From Eledone cirrhosa (taxonomy: Eukaryota), in contig OZ024743.1 in the NCBI GenBank assembly GCA_964016885.1, positions 144,956,001 to 145,020,000 of the forward strand: a DNA stretch of 64,000 nucleotides, written 5' to 3'. The translations under genes were made by a program, and so were the position numbers. A model generated the notes under the pieces. It was given only the letters and a program-made list of their open reading frames with translations. It was not told where the DNA came from and did not search any database. Shown in pieces: positions 51,553 to 64,000 of this stretch (positions are counted from its first letter, which is position 1; each line of letters begins with the position of its first letter).

Positions 51553-51564
51553 ATGTGTGTATGC

Positions 51565-51610
<46 letters not shown>

Positions 51611-51942
51611 GCATACATATATACATATATATGTAAATATATATATATATATATATATATTATACAAAGTTTGATTGTGTGCAACATGGTTTTTGCTCAA
51701 AATAAAATTGCATTAATACGAATGATCTTGTTTTTATCATTTATCTGTTCATTTTTAAATCATAGAAAATTATTATTACATATAATTATGGAATGCACCT
51801 GAGACAATAATTGTATCTAAATTAGTCACAGAATGCACGTAAAAATAATACACAAAACAATACATACAATTAATTCAGTACAAGTACAGAAGATGAAATA
51901 TATCCAGCAGTAGACCAACGTTGAGTTTATAATTCGACTAAC

Positions 51943-52159
51943 TTAACCCTTTATCATTTACATTACTCTATATATACTATTGTATGTTTATGGTAAAGGC
52001 TTTACCTCACATAATTATCTCACATAATATCGAATCTATGAGATTTTGATGTTATATATTTCGAGAGCAATACCTTAACATCAGTGTGAGCAGCCGGTTA
52101 CAGCCGGTTTGAACAGAAAGAGGTGAAAGAATTCTGGCTGGATATGGCTAAAGGGTTTA
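51943..52159. mobile_element. piggyBac-like MITE
   Basis: Termini TTAACCCTTTA...TAAAGGGTTTA, with a degenerate TTAA target on the right. Confidence 0.55.
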
Positions 52160-52499
52160 GTACATTCAAATAAAGACGCAAAAAATGATAACTTTTTAAG
52201 GGGAAAAATAGGGACGGTAATTATTTCTTTTTGAAATGTACATTGCTTAGTAAATATGACATAAAAAAGCGAAGAACAAATGGGAAGAAATAAAATTTAG
52301 TTGCCAAAAATAAGAATATGTGTACATAAGAAGTATTTATGCTGAATAGAAACTGTACACATCATGTTATTTTGTCAATCATGTCTTTTGTTTTTCACAT
52401 TTGGCCTCCACACCCGAACACCAGACTGCTCCCCTACCCTCCTCACCCATCCCGTTTTCCCCCTTTTATTTCCCAACCTTCCAGTCTCCGTTGTTCCGC

Positions 52500-53366
<867 letters not shown>

Positions 53367-53513
53367 TATATATATATGAACTTTGGTATTTCTTGAAGAA
53401 GGACTTATGTCCGATATTTTGAGACATTCATTTACTTCCTGTTTCCTTTTCCAAGTGTGATGCTAATAAGACAGTGTTTTTGAATCTCTGTGATTGTCTT
53501 GATTATTCTTGAA

Positions 53514-53639
<126 letters not shown>

Positions 53640-54433
53640 TGTGTGTGTGTTTGAGATATGTAGTGAAATACACTTGTTTCACTTGTCATCATTTTGCCCT
53701 TCGTATTTTTCTACCGCATTTTAACGGCGTTTTGAAAATTATCGGTCTTTTACTATAGAGGGAAAGAGAGAGAGAGAGGGAGAGAGAGAGAGAGGGGGGG
53801 GGGAAGGAGAAAGATAGAGAGAAAGATATATATAGAGAGAGAGCGAGAGAGAGATTATAGTAGTGATCAGATTTCTTCAGGAAGACTGTGTCAACATGCA
53901 GTGGTTTTTTTGGCTCAACAAGTGAATCACTTATCATAGTGATAATCAACTGTGGGTACTATGAAGGTAATTCCAGGAGTGTTTATTTATAATATAATAA
54001 ACCACATGAAAACATCACTTTTTGCAGTTCAAGTATTAACATTTATTACAAAACTGACACGTGTTTTGCCAATAAGGAGGTGAGCAATATCTAGAGTCGG
54101 TAATCCGATAGGATTTGCACCCTGACAAATCGGATTCTTCAGAACTCAACAATATTTTCAGAATTTAACATCGTTAGTCTGTTTTTGTACTAATCGAATA
54201 GGCGTACGAATTTTAATTAACTTCCAATATGAGTGCTAATAATATGCAAAATGTTAATGATATGCAAATTAGCATGTCCATTTCATTACACAACTATATG
54301 TGATAGAGTATTTAGGTTACGTACGTCCTTGTGGTTGTTTGGATGATATACTTACCAACTGCTGATGGGAACGGGATCTATGCAGGCCCTCGTCTTGATA
54401 AACTTTAGAATTTGCTTCTTTTTATCTCTGAAT

Positions 54434-54514
54434 GCTACCTGATGAACTCGGATCGACGGTTGCGCGGTGATCACATCACCTAATCATCGACCTCAGAGAA
54501 ATATGTATAATAGC
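54434..54514 (+). ncRNA. Hammerhead motif with long stem II
   Basis: GCTAc-CTGATGA-[52 nt including TCGA..GGTGAT-cac-ATCACC..TCGA]-GAAA-tatgta-TA^aTAGC, followed by AATAAA. Confidence 0.6.
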
Positions 54515-54688
54515 TGAATAAATTTATGCACAACTTCATATGGCCTTCGCTAGTATTTATTGTACTGTAATTATATTCCACCTTGGACTCCCAAAATGAA
54601 CTTGGGAACTTGGATTGTCATCGAGTGATTTATTCTATTGGCAATCACCGATAACTGATTGCAGTGTGGATTACACAACTCGAATCGG

Positions 54689-54748
<60 letters not shown>

Positions 54749-54818
54749 TATATATATTAGAAAGTGAGGTTTTTTTTACAAAATGAAAAATAACCGAGGT
54801 GTCCTACACGAGTGAAAG

Positions 54819-55034
<216 letters not shown>

Positions 55035-55133
55035 ATATCATTTTTATAAGGTGTTAACTACACTCCAATCAGTTATCGGTGATGCCAATAGAATATATAT
55101 ATATATATATATATATATTCATATATATATATA

Positions 55134-55194
<61 letters not shown>

Positions 55195-55463
55195 GGCTAC
55201 TGACGTTTCTCTGAAAATAGCTCTTCGTTCGAATGAATAAATGTTAGAAATATTCTAAACACTGACAAGGCTGAAATATTAATACTGATAAATGAAAAAA
55301 TAATACCTTCACTCGTCAAAATAGGAAAATAACATTTATTTTTAGACAGTGTAAATGTATTAATTAGCTATATAATCTCTTCCCAACTAGTGAGATCAGT
55401 GAATTTGATGTTCACTTTGAACCCTTCTGTGGACACAGCATGGCCGATATTATTAGGTCTCAG

Positions 55464-55620
55464 TGGATTGGACGCCATGCTTTGCAGCAAAGAGTTACGG
55501 CCCTTTATGGTCTGACTTCAAATCCCGCCGATGTTAACTTTGCCTTTCATCCTTACGGGGTCGATAAAATAAAGTACCAGTAATGTAATTGCTGGCCTTG
55601 TGCCAAAAAAAGAAACAATT
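55464..55620 (+). mobile_element. SINE family 1 short variant, next to a family 2 SINE
   Basis: Core match, with TSD ATTATTAGGT(C/T)TCAG at 55449-55463 and 55618-55632. Confidence 0.82.
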
Positions 55621-56044
55621 ATTAGGTTTCAGCGTGTGATCCTATTGTGTGGCACCATATGCCATATGTTTGAGTCGACCCATGCCTTGTGGGTGAAATT
55701 AGGTAGAGAGAAACTGCTTGAAAGCACGTCGGATAGACTGTGCCTGTAATTCCAAGAACCGGTCGTGTCACAGGCTGTCATGTTAATTCTCTCAGAGAAT
55801 TATGTAAAGGATATACGTGTTTACGTAATGTCCAGGCACTTACACGTTAATTTCATAAGTAGTTTATTTGTTGATCAAACAACTGGAGCATTCATTGCCG
55901 GATCAGAAAGAAATCCAGAAAAAAATGTGGGCGAGGAAGGAAATCCACAAGATTAGAAATCTAAGTAAGAAGGATTCTAGTACTAGATCTGGGTGCGAGC
56001 GTGTACACTGCTATTTCACTTAGTTTAGAATATAATTTCAACAG

Positions 56045-57976
56045 TTCCTGCTGGTTTATGGAGATTTTAATGTTCATATTGTTCATCGCTACCCCTACAT
56101 CAAACTAGTAGCATAAATGGGATATTCCGTCAAAGTTTCCTTAATGAATATAACATAATTGCTTAGAATACTAGTTTTCAAAAACGTCCAAATTGTTTAT
56201 GGACTTGGAGATCACCTAATCTTGTTCTTTATCAAATTGATTATATTCTCTGCTGGAAGAAGTAGCGCAACAGCATCCATGATTGCCAAGCCCATTCTTC
56301 CTCAGACCTAATTAGCTCAGATCAGATAATAATTAGAAAATGCAAACTCAGCCTTTATGCACCACGGAAAATTCCATCAACATTCTTAAGTGGAATGTTG
56401 TGTCTAATCCTATTGTAGCCGCAAAAGTTGAAAACGAAATAATAGAAAAATGGACACTCATCTGTCAAATCATACAAGAAATTCATTGAGAAAGGAAGAC
56501 AAAACTTCCTTCCAAAATCCAAAATTTTATTTTCAGAACCACAGTCAATAACTGCAGCTCACACCAATGCCGTACAATCTAAGGTTACTAACAACGTCTA
56601 TAAAAAGTGTATTGCGAGGAAGACAAAAGAATCAATATTCTCCTCAACTCCTTCGACAGTTGCAAGTTTACTGACAACATAAAGAACGCATGGAAATCGA
56701 CAAAGAAATTATCAGGCAAAAATAACTCGAGAGTCACATTTATCTAGAGTGAAAAACATCTCAATGCATGGAAACAAAACCATTTCGAAGCACTGCTGAA
56801 CAACCACAGCACCATAAACGACTAATTCATGATCAAATGTTTATACAATGTCAACACTAATAATTCTGTTGAGGACTTTTCTCTGAATGAACTTCAAATC
56901 ACCATGAACCAGATGACAAACAATAAGGTGCCAAGGCTACTGCTAGAATTCTGGAGACTTAAAAAAATCCAAACTATGATATCTTACTGCACTTTTGTAA
57001 TGAGATTTTTAACGAAAACCGACCAGAAACACGGAGTATTTCTGCGATAGTATCTATTCTTAAGAAACGTGATCTTAGGAAACCTGGCAATTATCGTGAA
57101 ATACGTCTGACACGTGGCCCGACAAAATTTCTAATCAGTTTATCTTGAACAGGCTTCAACCAGAAATCGAAAAAATCCTACACCCCAACGAAAACGGATT
57201 TTGATCATTTAGATCTACGTCACAGGTGTACTTCAAGGTGATCCCCTCGTACCGTATTTATATCTCATAGTAATTGATTATCCACTACGTGTTGCTATTG
57301 GTTTTGATGGCTTTACCCTTCAAGAACGTAGACATCCGTCATAACTCCTAGTAGACTACGCAATGCAGAGAATGTCTTACAGAAGTTAAAAGTTTCAACT
57401 CAAGCTATGGGACTCTTTGTAAATGTCAACAAAACTAAATATATGAACATCAACTCTGATCAAGCAACAAACACCAAATTAAGCAATCCTGTTCTCGAAA
57501 AATTAGATGATTTAAAATACCTTGGTGCATACACCAACTCGTAAAATGATATAACCAGCAAGATAGCACAAGTACGGGCTGCTGTGAACTCGCTAGAGGT
57601 GTGGAAATCTAGTATAACCACAAAAACAAAAGTTAGATTATTCAAGGTTATAGTGAAATCAATCTTACTGTATTCCTGTGAATCATGGTCGGTGACAATA
57701 CCTATCACCAAAGCTTTAGATGGTTGCTAATGCTGAATGCTAAGAAGGATATAAAACATCATAAAGCCATACCATCCGTATCAGGCGTCTTCAGCTTTGT
57801 ATGTCATGTCATGAGAGGCAAGGCATCTGCTACAAGACTTTTTACTATGAAAGCCCACTAATGTGAAACGCAAACGCGGAAGACTTCTCAAAACTTTAAA
57901 GAGAGTCATTGACGAATTGTTGAGTGGCGTAAGATGGAAAGTGTTTATCATGTCACCACAAACAAGTGGATGAATT

Positions 57977-58068
<92 letters not shown>
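56045..58068 (+). mobile_element. Highly decayed RTE-like LINE with a (TAG)n tail
   Basis: Broken motifs GDFN, FQKRP..LWTW, QIDYIL, TGVLQGDPL, VNVNKTKYM, DFKYLGA and SILLYSCESW. (TAG)n at 57977-58068. Confidence 0.75.
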
Positions 58069-58656
58069 TATAAATCATATTCCCCACTTACTCACAGTTT
58101 ATCCCCCAACAAATTTAATTCAATAATTGTTAAGTAAACTATCAATAAATGTCTATATATCAAATATTTCGGATCCCAGTCAAGTCGAAATGAAATCCAA
58201 ACACAACATAGTGCACGTGTGCTAGCATTCAGACCTAATATTCGGTGCATGATTTTCATTCTCGTTCCCAAATATATATCCGGACGCACATATACATATG
58301 CACACACACGAACATACACACACATGTTTACTTATTATTAACACTCTGCTTGTTAAGGCTACCAAAAGCTGTGACGACACAAACGACGATTTCTACATTG
58401 GTAGCTGGATCCACGTAATATCATGAGGTGCTCCAACTGATGGCGAATCATCAGTAACTGAATTTTACAAACCAAACAAGTATATATATATATATATATT
58501 TTTTTTTTCTATAACATTTCAAGGGGTCCGTCGAGCCGCAGATTCCAGAGTCAGGTAATATCGACACAGATCAAACCTAGAGCTGATCAGTGGCGAAACG
58601 CGCGTCACCAACCAATAAATGTAATGAAGGAGTAACCAATCGTCCTTGTTATCTTT

Positions 58657-58698
<42 letters not shown>

Positions 58699-59008
58699 TG
58701 TGTGTATGTGTGTGTGTATGTGTGTATGTGTGTGTGTGTGTGTGTGTGTGTATACATATGTGTGTGTGTGTATTGTACTAGTATATGTGTGTGTGTGTAT
58801 TGTACTAGTATATGTGTGTGTGTTTATAACAATAAATATGAAAGTTATTATGGACATACACATGATGGTTCCACACGATTATCTGATATCTCTGCATTCC
58901 AGGACAGTCACCTTCAAAACAATTCCTTACACGTAACTGCTTGACGCAGGCACACACACACTCTCGGACATGAATATATATATTTGTTGGAGTATAGGTA
59001 TATCTATA

Positions 59009-59993
59009 TACATACATAATATATGTACAAGAAAAGTCAGAAAAGATAACACGGGAGAACAATACAGTACAATGATATGTATTGTTTAATGCTTGGTATA
59101 GCAGGAATAGAGTGTTAGATATATCTGCACAAACTGTACATTTGTTTGTTCGTATATACATACATGTATAGACATACATGTATAGACATACATGTATATA
59201 CATACATGTATATACACACACACACATACACACACACACAAACACACATATATATATATATATATACAGTGGGTGTGAAAAGAAACGCTCAATAGAGCGT
59301 TTCTTTTCACACCCACACCATGTGTGTGTTTATATATATGTATACATACATACATACATACATAATACATACATACATAATACATACATAATACATACAT
59401 AATACATACATACATACATACATAATACATACATACATACATACATAATACATACATACATACATACATACATACATACATAATACATGCATAATACATA
59501 CATAATACATACATACATAATACATACATAATACATACATACATGATACATACATAATACATACATAATACATACATACATAATACATACATAATACATA
59601 CATACATAATACATACATAATACATACATACATGATACATACATAATATACATACATACATAATACATACATAATACATACATACATACATACATAATAC
59701 ATACATACATACATACATACATACATAATATATGTACAAGAAAAGTCAGAAAAAACAACACGGGAGAACAATACAGTACAATGATATGTATTGTTTAATG
59801 CTTGGTATAGCAGGAATAGAGTGTTAGATATATCTGCACAAACTGTACATTTGTTTGTTCGTATATACATACATGTATAGACATACATGTATAGACATAC
59901 ATGTATATACATACATGTATATACACACACACACATACACACACACACAAACACACATATATATATATATATATATATACAGTGGGTGTGAAA
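59009..59993 (+). repeat. Direct duplication of about 272 bp (59009-59280 and about 59718-59993) separated by a hairpin and a TACA/TAA compound microsatellite
   Basis: The two copies are nearly identical (GTACAAGAAAAGTCAGAAAA...CAGTGGGTGTGAAA). Confidence 0.92.
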
Positions 59994-62741
59994 TGCAACA
60001 TAGAGAGCAACTTCACACAACACCAGGAAGACCTAAAGAAAATGTTAGAGAGAAGATTTGGAGATACAAAATTTAAAACTTTGAACTCCAAATTACACCA
60101 GTTGAAACAACAACTCACAGCTACAACAGAAAGACTGAAATATAAGTCAACAGCACATAAACGACAAGTGCTAAATAGATTGTTTGCCAGAGATCCTAAA
60201 TCAGTTTATCGCAGCTTCGGTGGCAAAAGCTCAATCTCTGTAAATGACACCCCTTCAAAAGAACAGGTTGAGAGCTACTGGAGATCTGTATGGGAAACGG
60301 ATGATGGATTCAACAGACAAGCTAATTGGCTAAAAGAACTGGAACAGGACTACTGCCAACATGTCCAGACAAAACAATGACATAGATGGGTCAATACTGG
60401 AAACAGCTCTACAGAAAATGTCGAATAGGAAATCGCCAGGCCCAGACCTCATTACAGGATACTGGTTGAAGAATTTCACTTTCTATCGGCAAGATCTCAT
60501 ACGGCTGTTTACAGAAACCATTAAGGGCACACAAGAACTGCCCAGATGGTTATCAACTGCCTCTACTCTCCTCATTCCCAAAAATAGCCAAACGACCCTT
60601 GCTAAAAATTACCGCCCAATTGCCTGCCAAAACATCATGTATAAATTATATACTGGGTGCCTTAACCTGTTCTTACAGGATCACTGTGCTACCAACAACA
60701 TCATAACACCTGAGCAAGCTGGTGGAAAGAGGGAGGTGTGGGGTTGCATAGATCACCTACTAACTAACAAAATGATTCAGGAAAAAACAACAAAGAATCG
60801 CAGAAACATGACTGTCGTGTGGCTGGACTATCAAAAACCATTTGATAGTGTACCTCATGGGTGGATTGTTAAGGCTTTACAGTTAGCTAAAGTCCCACAA
60901 CCATTGGTAGCTGCTGTTGAACGCCTGACCAAGAACTGGTACACCAGTTTGATCCTTAGAGGTGAGAAGGAGCAGGTTAAGACTGATAAGATACATTACC
61001 AGAAGGGCATCTTTCAGGGTGATAGCTTGTCAGTGCTACTCTTCGTTCTCTCACTGAATCCACTATCTTACCTACTCAGGAAACAAGGTCGACAAAGAAG
61101 TGGGACCAGAAGTATCTCCCATCTTTTCTTTGTTGATGACCTGAAGTTGTATGGGCCAAATATCAATGACATCAAGAAACAATTGGACCTCATTACACAA
61201 TTTTCAACCGAGATCAAAATGAAATTTGGTGAGTCCAAGTGTGCATATTTGGCAGTAAAACGTGGAAGAGCTGTGCCCTCCTCTAGAAATCTAGAGATGA
61301 ACGGCCTGACAATACAACCTCTGCAGTCAGGTGACAACTACATATATCTTGGACAGGATGAGAATGTCAGATATGATGGACCCATAAATAAGGAGAGAAC
61401 CAGAACTGAATACCTCAGAAGAGTAAAGAAAATATGGTCATCAGAACTGTCAGCATACAACAAATACATTGCCCACAATACTTATGCTGTGCCAATTCTA
61501 ACGCCAACATTTGGCCTACTGAACTGGTCATTGCAAGAACTAAGTGAGATGGATGTTAGAACTCGAAAACTTCTCAGTGTTACTGGGAACTTTAACATCA
61601 ATGGTGATGTGGATAGGCTATACTTCTCACGCAAGGAAGGTGGCCGGGGTCTAAAATCAATATTAACAACATATGAGACCCGGATAGTGACACTGAAGCA
61701 ACACCTTCAACAGAGGAAAAAGGTTGGCAACCATCTTGCCCAGGTTTATGACCATGAAAAAAGAAATATCATTAGAATAGCGACTGATCTGGAGGAGAGA
61801 TATGGAATAAAGCCCGATATAAATCTCTCACCCAGAGAAATCGGAAGATCCTATTCAATGTTCAAACAAGAAAAAAAAATTGACCAATTTACAGAAAAAG
61901 TTGTGCATGGATACTTGAGGCGTAAAACACAGACCATAGAGGGGATAAACCACTCAAAAAGCCTGGCATGGAGTTCCGACAAGTTTATGACATCACACCT
62001 TGAGGGATATCTCTATGCAATACAGGAACAAGAACTCCCTACCAAATATCTGCTGCACAAAAGAGGAGGGCCAGCAGCTGACAATAAATGTAGGCTATGT
62101 AAAACAAAGATCGAGGATGTAAGCCACATTGTTGCCAGCTGCGAAAGAATGTCATCTCGCTACTACCTCCCCATGAGACACGATGGGATAGCTAGAACCA
62201 TCTGGAACGCACTTCGGAAAACAAAATCAACAACAAACGAGGAAGAATATATTGAGACAGATGGCACTAAGGAATACTGGTGGAACCTGAAAATAAAAAC
62301 TGCCACCAAATTAAAGCACAACCGGCCTGATATTGTAGTTTGGGACCACACATTGAAAACGTGTTCTGTTGTGGAGATCAGCTGCCCACTTGATGTAAAC
62401 GTTGTCAGAAAAATACAGGAGAAGGAGGACATCTACGGACCATTGATGAGGAGTTTACAAATCCAGTATCCAAGATACACCTTTAGCTTCATACCCATCA
62501 TTATTGGTGCTACGGGTTATATACCAACCCGCTTGGACCAAAGTATGACTGAACTTGGATTTGCGGACAAAAAGCGCAGCTCCCTAATTCATAGTCTACA
62601 AATGGCTGCGATAGCTGGCACCTTCAAAATTTGCGAAACATTCTTGCGATTCAAGGGATGACAATTTCTTTTCTTTTACAACCTTGCCACCAGGAAGGTG
62701 GCCGGTCAAAAAATATACTCAAAATTAAGAGAAAGAGAAAA
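59994..62741 (+). mobile_element. 5'-truncated RLE-type (R4/Dong-like) LINE of a second family, ending in a (TACA)n compound tract
   Basis: The upstream frame (to 60380: LNRLFARDPKSVY...YWRSVWE...WL) is joined by one frameshift to ORF 60361-62661. An 80-nt 3'UTR carries the hairpin GCCACC-AGGAA-GGTGGC and is followed by ACATACATAAT repeats. Confidence 0.88.
60361..62661 (+). pseudogene. RT-CCHC-RLE coding region (766 codons open, frameshift near 60375, 5' truncated)
   Basis: Motifs KSPGPD, YRPIAC, LDYQKPFDSVPH (the usual A is replaced by P), GIFQGDSLS, FVDDLKL, GGRGL, CRLC...HIVASC, RHD, NRPDIVVWD, VVEISCP and EKEDIY. Confidence 0.88.
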
Positions 62742-63531
62742 CATACATAATACATGCATAATACATACATAATACATACATAATACATACATAATACATA
62801 CATACATAATACATACATAATACATACATACATGATACATACATATATACATACATACATAATACATACATAATATACATACATACATAATACATACATA
62901 ATACATACATAATACATATATAGATACATACATACATACATACATACATACATACATACATACATACATTATTTGCTATATCTAATACTCTACACAAAGG
63001 CAATAATATGTTTGTTGTAGGTTAGATTTGTGTAGACATGTCAGAAGTAACGTTCACATCAGATAAACTTTGGAAGATGACAAATCTGAGAAAAGTATTT
63101 TGAAAACAGCAAATGTGAGCCTAAAACAGATATTATCTGTCCATCAAAAGCTACTTTCGGACTTGAAATAGCAGTCTTCTAGATACGCGACGCATTATCT
63201 ATATCTTTGCTTCCAGGAACATCGATTTTACACGTCTTGGTCTCTTTTCGTAAGACTACATATATACCATATAAGATATTTAGTTTCAAAATTATTTTCT
63301 ACTCTTAAATGTTTAAAAATATATTTACTATAGTGAAAAGTAAAGTGATACTATCTATTAATCAATCTCCCAATCTTTCCATTTTACTCCTACCACTTTT
63401 TGTATATATGAGTGTGTGAGGAGCTGACGTATGTTTATCCATCCATATATATATATATATAAATATATATATATGTGTGTATGTGTGTGTGTTTTATTGA
63501 AAAATCATCACAAACACACACATATATATAT

Positions 63532-63590
<59 letters not shown>

Positions 63591-64000
63591 TATACATATA
63601 TACACACATATCCATATATATGTATACACTCATATATATATATACTTATATATATATATACTTATATATATATATACTTATATATATATATACACATACA
63701 CATACAAACACACTCACACACAGAGACTCAAATATACAAATATAATTGCGTGTATGCTTTCACTAATTTTTTGGGGGTTTTTGTTTTTTGTTTTTCAATT
63801 AGAAAAATCAATCAAATGCCATGCTGGTATTTATTCCTGGTGTGTTACAATACACATGAAATATTTGAAAATATATTGGTATTCTATTGATTTCGTTTGA
63901 CCTTTTTTTTTCATATTAGAGCATTCTGATCATTTCATTGCTGTGAACAAAATAGTCCATTGCAATTTTTGTTATTGATGTCTTTATACACTTAGCCATA

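Overview
AT-rich, microsatellite-saturated animal genomic DNA. The SINE repertoire and repeat style point to an octopus/cephalopod intergenic or intronic region (inference), and I found no supportable host protein-coding gene. The window is dominated by retroelements: (i) an apparently intact two-ORF L1/Tx1-group LINE (43421-49443) inside an (ATT)n tract that also holds two 5'-truncated R4/Dong-like restriction-endonuclease (RLE) LINEs; (ii) a third RLE LINE ending in a (TACA)n tract; (iii) frameshifted or decayed RTE LINEs; (iv) Penelope-like elements (PLEs), one Naiad-type with a GIY-YIG domain; (v) about 20 copies of a tRNA-derived SINE with a Meta/MESC-like core; (vi) MITEs and Helitron ends. 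Two features were read from the DNA and are not in the ORF track. First, at least ten minimal type I hammerhead-ribozyme motifs sit in short (TA)n/(CA)n-embedded PLE-derived repeats, several with greatly extended stem II. Second, sibling Tx1 families appear to partition different microsatellite targets, (ATT)n versus (ATCT)n. All family assignments rest on motif recognition by eye, without database searches.
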